This document shows positions 55,492 through 64,000 of a stretch of 64,000 nucleotides of DNA, in pieces. The notes under the pieces are model-generated. The model was not told the DNA's origin. It worked only from the letters and a program-made list of their open reading frames with translations, and ran no database searches. Each line of letters begins with the position of its first letter. Position 1 is the first letter of the stretch. The translations under genes were made by a program, and so were the position numbers. The stretch is from a virus: the IMG/VR virus record IMGVR_UViG_3300024518_004461, positions 1 through 64,000 of that record; one strand, given 5' to 3'.

Positions 55492-55675
55492 CTGTTTCCT
55501 GTTCTGGTTCTTTCACTTCTAGTATGGGTGGATTCTCTACAATCAGTCCATCGGCTGTACTTACCAAAACAAATTCTTTTAACATACCTGTTATGTCCGT
55601 CTGTTCCATTAAGCCTTTTTGCAAAGCCATCATTAGGGCCCCGATTGCTTGATTAGATAATTTATAGTTTGTCAT
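55484..55675 (-). CDS. hypothetical protein
   Basis: 63 aa with AAGGAG RBS. Confidence 0.65.
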   Translation of the reverse strand: MTNYKLSNQAIGALMMALQKGLMEQTDITGMLKEFVLVSTADGLIVENPPILEVKEPEQETVA

Positions 55676-55684
55676 GTATTCTCC

Positions 55685-56719
55685 TTATGTTTCATTAACA
55701 TATAATAGATTCTTGATTCTTTCTGGTTCCCAAAAACCTTTATACCATAGTTTATCACTTAACTGATCTTTTTTTAAATCTTCTTTCATTGTGTTAAGAA
55801 TGAGATTTTCATAATGGTATAAATATAATTCTTTGCCGTAGTACATCACACGTCGATCTTGTTCGTTTGCTCTTAGGCACAAATCAACATCCTGATATGA
55901 GGCTTTAAGAGATGGGCAAAAGCCCCCGGTTTTTATATACCATTCTGCATCTATAATCAAGAAGGCACCCGTTATAAACAACTCGCCTTTGTTGCAATTT
56001 ACTTTTGGATCATCCTTGGGATAGCCGCGAAACATGTGTAAGGCAAATAACCCAACCTCGTTTGGTCTTGGTCCAAACATAGAACCGGCATATTGAACCT
56101 TGTCTGCTCTATCGGGCTTGTGATATAAAAAATCTTTGGTAGGATAAAGGAGCTTGGTTCCTGTGATTGTATTTTTGTTTTCAGTGTGCTTCTTATAAAG
56201 TATTGGCAACATCTCTGGATTATTTGTCCATAGATCTGAACTCCACAAAATAATATCTTTTAGGTTTGGTGATTTCGTTTTCAGGGCGTGAGTTGCGAGA
56301 TTGTGCAGCATTGAAAAATTAAATTGATTTGCGGTGTTATCTACCCGCATATATGAACAGTCGCTTTCAAGAGCAATCGCCTTAATGTGTTCTGTCTCTG
56401 AACGATCATCAATTATTAATACGTTTGCAAAATCAAAAATCTTGTTCTGCTTCATATTATTCAAAGTAAATTGCAAAAGTTCTGCATTGTCCTTTATGCA
56501 AAGAAGTATATGTGGTTTTTTATAATCGGTAGTTTCGGCTTCAATAAATTGGCACTTATATTCATTAGAAGTCGTCTTTAGATTATACGAATTAGAATAG
56601 AAGCTTTTTACCACGTCATCTTCTGATTGTGTTACGGTGAATTTGGATGGATTAATTTTCTTTTTAAAATTGTATACGTGTGTGTGATTATTCATTTTTA
56701 TAACACCATATATTTCCAC
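55685..56719 (-). CDS. glycosyltransferase family 2
   Basis: LIIDDRS, FNFSMLHN, ITGAFLII, GGF..YQDVDLCLR. Confidence 0.85.
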   Translation of the reverse strand: MEIYGVIKMNNHTHVYNFKKKINPSKFTVTQSEDDVVKSFYSNSYNLKTTSNEYKCQFIEAETTDYKKPHILLCIKDNAELLQFTLNNMKQNKIFDFANVLIIDDRSETEHIKAIALESDCSYMRVDNTANQFNFSMLHNLATHALKTKSPNLKDIILWSSDLWTNNPEMLPILYKKHTENKNTITGTKLLYPTKDFLYHKPDRADKVQYAGSMFGPRPNEVGLFALHMFRGYPKDDPKVNCNKGELFITGAFLIIDAEWYIKTGGFCPSLKASYQDVDLCLRANEQDRRVMYYGKELYLYHYENLILNTMKEDLKKDQLSDKLWYKGFWEPERIKNLLYVNET

Positions 56720-57450
56720 TTATTTTTAGGATTAGGGATGGAGTCTTGACCAATATTATCCCATTCTCCACGAAGGAGTTTGTTCTTTATTAAAGGATAT
56801 CCATCATTGATTAATTCCTCCCAGTATGTTACATGCATATTTAGAAATTTATTTTTCATGGGTTTCCAGTTTTTTATAGAATAACGAGCGCCAACTTTGA
56901 GATTATACTGTTGCATAAAATATGTAAGACCATATTCGCAATTTACAATTATTTTACTTCTCAATTCCACATTTGATTCTTTCATAAATTTTTTTTCAAA
57001 TTCTATCTTATTGAAGAACGCAGGTAAAAGAGATAGTGCGCGTTTCTCAAAAACCAAGAAATGACTTTGAACATGATAGGAATGTATATCTTTGACCTGT
57101 GGATGTCTTTGTTGCGAATCGGTCAATCCCCATATATCTAATTTTGATTTATTTCCCCAGTTAAATATTTTATCAAATTTTCCAACAAGTGAGTTGCTAT
57201 CGTTCACAAGGGCAATTCTATTATATTGATTTAGATCAATACTTTTCAAAACCTTATAAAATTGCCCGAAATCATATCCCTCATTTTTATATGATCTAAA
57301 TGTATAGGGGAGGTCTATATATCCCCGATAGTTCGTGGTTACTATTGTCTCAGAGAAATATTGACTTATTTCTTTAAGATATGATTCAGTGGACAAAGGT
57401 ATGAACCCTTGGGCATAAAGAGGAAATATTAATAGGGTCTTGTTTTTCAT
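56698..57450 (-). CDS. rhamnan synthesis RgpF-like protein (N-terminal-type domain)
   Basis: NEGYDFG, LVNDS, WGLTDS, HVQSHFLVF, EYGLT, YPLIK. Start at the TGATG overlap at 57450. Confidence 0.75.
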   Translation of the reverse strand: MKNKTLLIFPLYAQGFIPLSTESYLKEISQYFSETIVTTNYRGYIDLPYTFRSYKNEGYDFGQFYKVLKSIDLNQYNRIALVNDSNSLVGKFDKIFNWGNKSKLDIWGLTDSQQRHPQVKDIHSYHVQSHFLVFEKRALSLLPAFFNKIEFEKKFMKESNVELRSKIIVNCEYGLTYFMQQYNLKVGARYSIKNWKPMKNKFLNMHVTYWEELINDGYPLIKNKLLRGEWDNIGQDSIPNPKNKWKYMVL

Positions 57451-58292
57451 CACGGCTCTATCATCCACGGAGTATATCCGAGGCTCTTTACCACCGAATC
57501 AAACATTCTCTCAAAGGCGTGAGATCTCAATCCGTCATTGTTCGCCCCTACTTCAAAATCATGTATAGTAATGTCCTGTTCCATTAAGAAATCCCAAACA
57601 TCCCCTTTCATCCAAAACATAGTACCTGCTAAAAAATATTTGTTATGTGGATAACATACCACGTCGGGGAGATTCATTTTTTTTTTAAAGAATAGGTAAT
57701 TTCTCATATTCTTGTTTTCATTAAAATCATGCCGACCATAAAACGTCTTGCATGATATCATCCCCACTGAAGGATATGTTTGGAAGGTCTTCAATATATT
57801 GGTGACTTTTCTTTTTGAGCCAAGTAAACTTGAAAAAAGCTTCATTCTCCACTCTGTTTTTGTAAGATTACGAGAACGTATGGTTCGTCCACGAACACTA
57901 ACTATACTTGTCTTAAAAGAGGATAACTCCTCTGAGTCAGCCTTAGTGTGAATTTTACAAATTAAATCATAAGATAACTTCTTTTCCCGTGCGACTGCTG
58001 TCGAAGCAAAAAACCCTCCTAAATCTTGACCCCGATTATTGGACGTTGTAAAATAACACTCTCCTGGTATTGCTTTTTTGAGATCTTTTTTTATCTTATC
58101 GATCATTTTTTTTTGTGAATGAGAGATATGACTGAAATTTAAAAACAGATCAAAATTTCCAGGCACATTTTGAACATAATCAAAAATCTCCCCCAACACG
58201 TTCAAGTGATGGGCATGTATAATTATTGCAATTTTAGGACTTCGCATCCTGAAGAAATTGTACCACCTTTTGATGAATTTTTGAATCAACAT
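57450..58292 (-). CDS. rhamnan synthesis RgpF-like protein (C-terminal-type domain)
   Basis: IAIIIHAHH, NRGQD, CKIHTK, AGTMFW, HAFER. Confidence 0.82.
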   Translation of the reverse strand: MLIQKFIKRWYNFFRMRSPKIAIIIHAHHLNVLGEIFDYVQNVPGNFDLFLNFSHISHSQKKMIDKIKKDLKKAIPGECYFTTSNNRGQDLGGFFASTAVAREKKLSYDLICKIHTKADSEELSSFKTSIVSVRGRTIRSRNLTKTEWRMKLFSSLLGSKRKVTNILKTFQTYPSVGMISCKTFYGRHDFNENKNMRNYLFFKKKMNLPDVVCYPHNKYFLAGTMFWMKGDVWDFLMEQDITIHDFEVGANNDGLRSHAFERMFDSVVKSLGYTPWMIEP

Positions 58293-58644
58293 TTTCTTTC
58301 CACGAGTTATCCTCGTTATTTATTTGATTACGGATTTGCGTGGCTGAAATAAAACCAATATCTTTAGGTGGTACGTGCTCAACAATTCCATATCCAACTC
58401 CACGGCCATAATTAACAGATTCAATATCTGGTATTGATAATACCACAACATCATCATCAACATACGCAGTCTCTAACATGTCGATAGTTTGCTCAGTTGT
58501 GAATGGATTTTTTTCATCAGGAGGAATATCTCTTACACAAATAAGAACTGGCACTCCTTGATTTAGTTTTTGACCAATAAGCCATTTGTGACCATTGTGT
58601 AAAGGTTGCCATCGACCTACAAACATCGCTCTTTTATTATTCAT
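58234..58644 (-). CDS. HIGH-motif nucleotidyltransferase (cytidylyltransferase-like)
   Basis: FVGRWQPLHNGH, NPF, ISATQIR. Confidence 0.85.
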   Translation of the reverse strand: MNNKRAMFVGRWQPLHNGHKWLIGQKLNQGVPVLICVRDIPPDEKNPFTTEQTIDMLETAYVDDDVVVLSIPDIESVNYGRGVGYGIVEHVPPKDIGFISATQIRNQINNEDNSWKENVDSKIHQKVVQFLQDAKS

Positions 58645-59009
58645 TTGTTTTCTCCTTGTTCAATGAATTCAATTGTTTTGTGCCATGCGTTCGGATCTGT
58701 TTTGTCAAATCTAATAGCATGATCATCAATATAATATTTGGCCGGGTGTTTTATATTTGTAACATCATCAAAGAAATGAGATAAATTATATTTCTCTAGC
58801 CAATTCCTAATAGGTTCAACTGGTCGGCTTGATACAATAATTAAGCGATAGCCATAACCCTTAAGTTTTTGTAAAGATGGAATAGCTCCTGGCATTGGCG
58901 GATCATAGGCATTATCTAATCCCTGGAAACCTTTGGAGTATCGATGAATAACTCCGTCAAAATCAATAGCAATTGTGGCTTCTTTAAATTCTGTTTTAAT
59001 TTCTTTCAT
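58641..59009 (-). CDS. HAD-superfamily phosphatase
   Basis: IAIDFDGVI, SSR, KHP..YIDD. Confidence 0.85.
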   Translation of the reverse strand: MKEIKTEFKEATIAIDFDGVIHRYSKGFQGLDNAYDPPMPGAIPSLQKLKGYGYRLIIVSSRPVEPIRNWLEKYNLSHFFDDVTNIKHPAKYYIDDHAIRFDKTDPNAWHKTIEFIEQGENK

Positions 59010-59719
59010 TATGTATTAGACGTAATAAAGGCTTCTAATTTTACAGCACTTTTTTCAAGGTCATCAGTAGAAGTGTCAACAACTAATGCCGCATCGGTTG
59101 GTTCTTCGAATGGATCTGAGATGCCTGTAAAGTTTTTGATTTCACCCGACAAAGCTTTGGCATACAATCCTTTAACATCACGATCAATACATTTTTCTAC
59201 GGGACACTTTATAAAAACTGTTTTAGCAGCACAAGTGTCTTCAAGTTCTTTTCTTACACTATCATAAGGATTGATAGCTGACATAATTGTGATGACATTG
59301 TTCCGAGAAAGAACTTTCCCAACAAACCCTAATCGTCGAATATTAGTATTGCGATCTTCTTTTGAGAAGCCTAGGTCATTACACAATCCTTCTCGATATT
59401 CATCACCATCAATAATTTCAACCTTATAGCCCTTTGCAGCTAGTCTTTTTTCCACCGCACGAGCCAGTGTTGTTTTACCGGCACCTGAAAGTCCAGTCAT
59501 TTGTATAAACATACCTTTTGTTTTACCCCACTTAATAAAATTCCATAATCGCTCATGTATAAAGAACACAAGCACTTGAACACTATGATAACATAAAGTG
59601 ATTAAAGTTGTAAATTTTATATTTCCTGTAGCGAGATATGTAACAGTTGTTAACAGGACTATAGCAAATGTACGCCAAGTAATCGCCTTCCATAAGCTTC
59701 GTTGTTTGGAATCAATCAT
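59009..59719 (-). CDS. cysC: DUF2061 membrane domain fused to adenylyl-sulfate kinase
   Basis: RSLWKAITWR...HERLW (DUF2061); TGLSGAGKTT, DGDEYR, DLGFSKEDR, RDVKGLY, FTGISDPFEEP. Confidence 0.92.
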   Translation of the reverse strand: MIDSKQRSLWKAITWRTFAIVLLTTVTYLATGNIKFTTLITLCYHSVQVLVFFIHERLWNFIKWGKTKGMFIQMTGLSGAGKTTLARAVEKRLAAKGYKVEIIDGDEYREGLCNDLGFSKEDRNTNIRRLGFVGKVLSRNNVITIMSAINPYDSVRKELEDTCAAKTVFIKCPVEKCIDRDVKGLYAKALSGEIKNFTGISDPFEEPTDAALVVDTSTDDLEKSAVKLEAFITSNT

Positions 59720-59725
59720 TCTTTT

Positions 59726-60493
59726 CTAATCCGAATCACCCATCTGATCTTGAATCTTTATCAGGTATTTATAAACTTTAGGATAATTTCTTATATCTTC
59801 ACAATCTTCCGTGTTCCACACCCAGTCGTTTTGGGTAAAAATTTTATAATGTATTCCAAGCCCCTTCGGTAGTCCCTGATCCCATGCTTTTTGCCGCCGT
59901 TCAAAAACCGCAACTCGATTTTCTTTTCCCTTAGAAGGCCCATAATTAAACTTAGCGCCGTTAACCTTAAATGATTTTTCTCTGCTCCTTCTTATTCTTT
60001 CAGGGCGGAAATTCATATCACGGCAATATTTCGAAATCATAATTTGAGTTTTTGTGGTGCCTCCTCTAAGATAAAAGTAACTATTAAAAGGATCGAAGGG
60101 ATCGGATAGCTCAAAAGAAGATTCACCAGTATTATAAAAGGTGATGAGTGGGCACGAAATACAATTATATCCGTTTCTGTCAGCTTGTTTTATGGTTTCC
60201 CCAATGCCTTCGTCAAAAGATATAAAATCGTCCGCATCGATGTATATTGCCCAATCTGGCTTTATTTTATGCAGAGTTTTCGTCATTTCTTTCACATTTT
60301 TACTAAGATGAAACGCGCCATCGGTATCAAACCTGTGAGAAGGAATATTGTTATCTTGAAGCCACTCCCAACTACCATCATCGGAAAAATTATCAATAAT
60401 ATAGGGTTCAATCCCATTTAATTTACACCATTTTATTTTCAGTGGTAAAAATCTTATTTCATTCCATATACACATAATCGCACTAACTTTCAT
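59726..60493 (-). CDS. glycosyltransferase family 2-like
   Basis: WNE, IIDNFSDDGS, YIDADDF. Start at ATG 60493 after AGGAG. Confidence 0.8.
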   Translation of the reverse strand: MKVSAIMCIWNEIRFLPLKIKWCKLNGIEPYIIDNFSDDGSWEWLQDNNIPSHRFDTDGAFHLSKNVKEMTKTLHKIKPDWAIYIDADDFISFDEGIGETIKQADRNGYNCISCPLITFYNTGESSFELSDPFDPFNSYFYLRGGTTKTQIMISKYCRDMNFRPERIRRSREKSFKVNGAKFNYGPSKGKENRVAVFERRQKAWDQGLPKGLGIHYKIFTQNDWVWNTEDCEDIRNYPKVYKYLIKIQDQMGDSD

Positions 60494-60522
60494 TTTTGTC
60501 TCTCCTAGAAATATTGCCAATC

Positions 60523-60533
60523 ATTATAGCACA
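60523..60533 (-). promoter_or_regulatory. extended -10 sigma70-type promoter
   Basis: TGTGCTATAAT upstream of the RBS of the GT2-cysC run. Confidence 0.55.
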
Positions 60534-60549
60534 CTCTTCCGCAAAAACT

Positions 60550-60601
60550 AAAAGCATTATATACTCAATCCCTTAAAAAGCATTATATACTCAATCCCTT
60601 A
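60550..60601. repeat. perfect 26-bp tandem duplication
   Basis: AAAAGCATTATATACTCAATCCCTTA twice (60550-60575, 60576-60601). Confidence 0.95.
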
Positions 60602-61620
60602 AGATGTGATATAACTAAACAATGTTCACCGCCTCCACAATATAACATATACACATTACCACTTTCAGTATAAATACAGGGATCGCGAAGTTCATGGACT
60701 TTTTTGAGTATGCCCCCCCGAATTGATTGTCGTCTTGGCTCAAAGCCTCCTTCATAATCCATTTCAGGATAAACCAAAGAAAATGTTTCGACTATCTTCC
60801 ACTCTTTCCCTTCAGAATTAAGCACAACCTTGCTACAAATAATGTGTTCAGGATTATCTCCCGCATTTGTGTAAAAAACATATAATAAATCATCAACCAC
60901 CAACACATCACAATGTCTAAACCGATTGTTAAATAATTTAACCACAAACTCATATACGTCAGACGTGGGATTATATTTTGCCACAATTCCAGGCATTGTA
61001 ATAATATAGTCTTCATCTTTCCATGCGAAGGTCCGCACATACCACGGTGCCACGATTTTGCCGCTTGATATAAAATTTATCCCATCCGTAGACGTTGCCA
61101 TAAAACTTTTTTGGTCTTGCATTCCCTTCGGGAGAGCCTTGTTTATCCATTCCGGTTCAGGAATATTTATTCGAGACTTTTGAGGAAATCCATGATAATA
61201 CATGCGTAACTGCTTATTTTTTTCATCCACATAAATATGTGGAGATGCTATATGATGATGACAAAATGAATTTTTCAAATACAAAGTGCCACGATTATAA
61301 ATTCTCCAAGGGCCATGTAATGAATCGGAATAGGCTAATCTAATAAATTTTCCGTAATGATCAGCAAAATAAATATAATATTTTCCTAATGGGTTGGAGA
61401 TCCAAGAAGGAACCTTGATCAAAGAAGGATGAGTGATGCTTCCAGACAAGCCCGCTTCTTTCAAATCTTGTTGAGAAATAATAGGATTGGAATCAAACCT
61501 ATGAACACTAAAATCATTGACATTTCTTATCATCGAATTGGCTCCAACGTCGTTGCTGTTAAATAATATATCCCATTTTCTCAACAATCTTACTTTTTTT
61601 AATTTCATTAAGTTGTTCAT
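60583..61620 (-). CDS. five-bladed beta-propeller glycoside hydrolase-like protein (GH43/GH130-like)
   Basis: NPII, HPSLIKVP..YYIYFADH.G..IRLAYSD.L.GPW, HIASP, STDGINF, LRDPCIY. Confidence 0.7.
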   Translation of the reverse strand: MNNLMKLKKVRLLRKWDILFNSNDVGANSMIRNVNDFSVHRFDSNPIISQQDLKEAGLSGSITHPSLIKVPSWISNPLGKYYIYFADHYGKFIRLAYSDSLHGPWRIYNRGTLYLKNSFCHHHIASPHIYVDEKNKQLRMYYHGFPQKSRINIPEPEWINKALPKGMQDQKSFMATSTDGINFISSGKIVAPWYVRTFAWKDEDYIITMPGIVAKYNPTSDVYEFVVKLFNNRFRHCDVLVVDDLLYVFYTNAGDNPEHIICSKVVLNSEGKEWKIVETFSLVYPEMDYEGGFEPRRQSIRGGILKKVHELRDPCIYTESGNVYMLYCGGGEHCLVISHLKGLSI

Positions 61621-62248
61621 CGGTAAGTTCTATTTTAGAAGGATCATTCATATTTTTAAATGGATGGCTAATTTGCCATGTGCGTAAAGAATCATGTTGA
61701 ATACTGGGAGGCGCAGGTAATGAACTTGTTTGTTGCCCCGAAGTGAACATATCGTAAGAATATTTAATCCCCAAATCATTAAAAATCTGAATCAATTTTT
61801 CATAATTATTATCAAACATATCTTCATATCTAATGTGATAAAAATCTGGTATTTTATTATTCTTACTTTCTACAAACCAGTTCGCAACTTGCTCGTATAT
61901 AGAAAATTGGTGATAACGTGGAATATTTCTTCTTCCAAATCTGCGATTTATGGAAGAATATACATATAGGGGGTTTCTCATTATAAACACTGTTTTATAT
62001 TGATTACCAAAATCCGGTAAAAAAGAACCTGTCTGATACGTCGCAGCAGTATGTTGAGTTCCTTTGATGAGTGTATAGTTTTTGCCCTCATTGTGGGCTC
62101 GTGTGATTAATTTCTCATCAGGAGTCATGTGTTCAGAAAGACCGGGTGATGCAACTACTGAAGGGCTCTTTGCCATTATTTTTTTTAGAATACTGGTGCC
62201 ACTGTGGGAAAAGCCGAATATAAGAATATTTTCCACCTCTTTCTTCAT
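61559..62248 (-). CDS. sulfotransferase
   Basis: 5'-PSB-like FGFSHSGTS, 3'-PB-like IMRNPLYVYSS, IRYEDM. Confidence 0.8.
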   Translation of the reverse strand: MKKEVENILIFGFSHSGTSILKKIMAKSPSVVASPGLSEHMTPDEKLITRAHNEGKNYTLIKGTQHTAATYQTGSFLPDFGNQYKTVFIMRNPLYVYSSINRRFGRRNIPRYHQFSIYEQVANWFVESKNNKIPDFYHIRYEDMFDNNYEKLIQIFNDLGIKYSYDMFTSGQQTSSLPAPPSIQHDSLRTWQISHPFKNMNDPSKIELTDEQLNEIKKSKIVEKMGYII

Positions 62249-63012
62249 TCTGCTTTCCTCAAAACAACATTAAAATCAAATTTATTTTTCATGGTATTGT
62301 AAACATTAATTAGTTCAAATTTAGCATACCCTAAGTGAAAAAGATTAGAATATAATTTTTCGAAATGGTTGGGGTGAAACTGCCACTTATGCACATCCAA
62401 ATCTTTACTCTGATACACTTTGATCGCTTTTTTTACGCTCTCTAAATTGTTTTCATAGATCGGTCGCCCATGTTTTCCACTCCAATGATTTTGTGCGTTA
62501 TTGTGTGTGACCATTGATCGATGTTCGATGACTGACTTTAAACTATGTTTCTGGATGGGGTTGTAATAAGCTTCTAAAACATCAGCGATAGTTGATTCTG
62601 ACAGAAAGTGATCAAAGCAATATCTTTTATCCGGTATGGTAAGGAGATAATGCCCACCAAAGTTTAAAATATTATATATATCTTCAAGGTGACGAATGAG
62701 ACAGAGTTGATGTTCTATACAATGACCGCTATACACGATATCAAATTTTTCTATAATTTCAGGGAGTCTTGCTTCGTGGCACACATAATCTACAAAAGGT
62801 TTTTCTGGTAATGTCTCTCCGGGGAATTTATTTTGAAAGCGTTTCTTTAGGGTTTCTTGATCGCAAATATCAGCATATTTAACATTTTTGCCTCTGATTC
62901 TCGGAAATATACTTGGACCTATTTCTAAAACCCTAGAGCTTGATTTAACGTAATGATTTTTAAACTTTTCAAAATCTTGATAAAGATGTTCTTGTTTAAT
63001 AAAAACACTCAT
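62245..63012 (-). CDS. class I SAM-dependent methyltransferase
   Basis: VLEIGP, FDIVYSGHCIEH, LNFGGHYLLTIPDKRYCFD. Confidence 0.82.
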   Translation of the reverse strand: MSVFIKQEHLYQDFEKFKNHYVKSSSRVLEIGPSIFPRIRGKNVKYADICDQETLKKRFQNKFPGETLPEKPFVDYVCHEARLPEIIEKFDIVYSGHCIEHQLCLIRHLEDIYNILNFGGHYLLTIPDKRYCFDHFLSESTIADVLEAYYNPIQKHSLKSVIEHRSMVTHNNAQNHWSGKHGRPIYENNLESVKKAIKVYQSKDLDVHKWQFHPNHFEKLYSNLFHLGYAKFELINVYNTMKNKFDFNVVLRKAE

Positions 63013-63710
63013 TTTTTATCTCCCAAACTTGTGTCTCGGGGTATAAAAGAGCCAACATCATTTCTATTTATTTTTTTAACACTTTCGTTCCTGTCGGTGG
63101 CTATATTATAAATACTTCGCCGTTCATTTCCCACATGCACCACACCTCTTTTATCACTCAATATCTCTCTTAAGACTTTCGGCGCAATAATATCCACATA
63201 ATCTTTTGAACTCCATTGATCCACAAACGCAGCTTCATAAGGAAACTCATAGCCAAAAAAGCTTGTCCTAATGACTAAACTATTTTCATAAGTTCTTACC
63301 AGCAATTCGGCGGCGGCTTTTGTCTTTGCATATTTTGACAATGGATTAATGGGATCATTGATCGTATAGTTTCCTTTCTCTCCGTCGAACACATAATCAG
63401 TTGATATAAAGACAAGCTTTTTTCCTAAATCTTTACAACTTTTCAAGACATTTATGGTCCCAAATACATTCACATCCCAAGCAAGTGAAGGATCGTTTTC
63501 TGTGTTTTTTACATCGGTTATTGCAGCGGAATGAACCACGGTATCACAACCTGAATCCTTGATGTGATTGTGGATTTGATAAGGATTGGTTATGTCACAA
63601 TATTTAGAGGCTGGTGCTATAAAATCTACATCATGGGCTTTGGAGATTTTTATTAGCTCGCTGCCCAGTGTTCCCGAACCTCCTGTAAGGAATATTTTTT
63701 TTAAAACCAC
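63009..63710 (-). CDS. rmlD: dTDP-4-dehydrorhamnose reductase-like
   Basis: TGGSGTLG, HSAAITDV, ISTDYVFDG, YAKTK. Confidence 0.88.
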   Translation of the reverse strand: MVLKKIFLTGGSGTLGSELIKISKAHDVDFIAPASKYCDITNPYQIHNHIKDSGCDTVVHSAAITDVKNTENDPSLAWDVNVFGTINVLKSCKDLGKKLVFISTDYVFDGEKGNYTINDPINPLSKYAKTKAAAELLVRTYENSLVIRTSFFGYEFPYEAAFVDQWSSKDYVDIIAPKVLREILSDKRGVVHVGNERRSIYNIATDRNESVKKINRNDVGSFIPRDTSLGDKK

Positions 63711-64000
63711 TTATATATCCCTTTAGAATGCTTTGGTTCCCACCCAATCTTTCTTATTTTTTTAGAACTCACAGAATAGCGCAAATCTTGACCCCAACGA
63801 TTATCCACAAACTTAACCGACCGTCGATCTTTCTCTTTCCATTTTAGCATTGTATCCACAACTTCAAGATTGGTCATAGGATTTTCGGCTGCAATATTAT
63901 ATGTTTCGTTTTTGATGCCACTCTCAATAATATGAAATATTGCTTCCACATTATCTCTAACATATGTCCAGTCGCGAACATAAGAGCCGTCACCGTGAAC
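63701..64000 (-). CDS. rmlB: dTDP-glucose 4,6-dehydratase, C-terminal part
   Basis: Frame is open to the window edge: VHGDGSYVRDWTYVRDNVEAI...ETYNI...FVDNRWGQDLRYS...IGWEP. Confidence 0.85.
   Translation of the reverse strand, partial: VHGDGSYVRDWTYVRDNVEAIFHIIESGIKNETYNIAAENPMTNLEVVDTMLKWKEKDRRSVKFVDNRWGQDLRYSVSSKKIRKIGWEPKHSKGIYKWF

Noticed and set aside
876-62273. Numerous short plus-strand ORFs
   Set aside because: All overlap well-supported minus-strand genes, lack recognisable motifs and show antisense-type composition.
1-64000. Stop-codon recoding as in some jumbo phages
   Set aside because: Genes up to 10 kb are intact under code 11, and TAA, TAG and TGA all end genes at tight junctions.
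1-64000. tRNA, rRNA, introns, inteins, homing endonucleases
   Set aside because: Intergenic gaps are too short, no cloverleaf was seen, and terminase, primase and portal appear uninterrupted. A covariance-model search was not possible.

Overview
This window is 64 kb of a large T4-like (myovirus-type, probably jumbo) phage genome. Essentially every real gene lies on the minus strand, and standard code 11 gives intact ORFs. In transcription order (right to left) the window contains: (1) a glycan/sulfation cluster with RmlB, RmlD, a methyltransferase, a sulfotransferase, GT2s, a DUF2061-CysC fusion, a HAD protein, a HIGH nucleotidyltransferase and two RgpF-like proteins; (2) a gp55-like late sigma factor; (3) a baseplate/tail module with a dual-lysin hub, a spike-like protein, a PG-binding giant, gp25, gp6, a DNRLRE protein and a 3421-aa LamG/gp7-like wedge; (4) RuvC, primase and an Mre11-Rad50 fusion; (5) holin-like and spanin-like genes; (6) a head module with terminase, portal and gp21-like prohead protease, which also holds a tubulin/FtsZ-family GTPase, a ParB/Srx-domain protein and ribosomal protein bS21. 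The most striking unexplained pattern is a 15-aa N-terminal leader, MK(I/L/V)T(K/R)SxLKxII(K/Q)EE. It is fused to at least 6-8 otherwise unrelated proteins, is conserved at protein level, and sits in insertion hot spots. In one case it was duplicated together with a late-promoter motif (ACTAWTTA) and an RBS. This looks like a modular capsid-targeting cargo system analogous to, but distinct from, the T4 internal-protein CTS. Product calls come from motif recognition by eye; no database searches were run.
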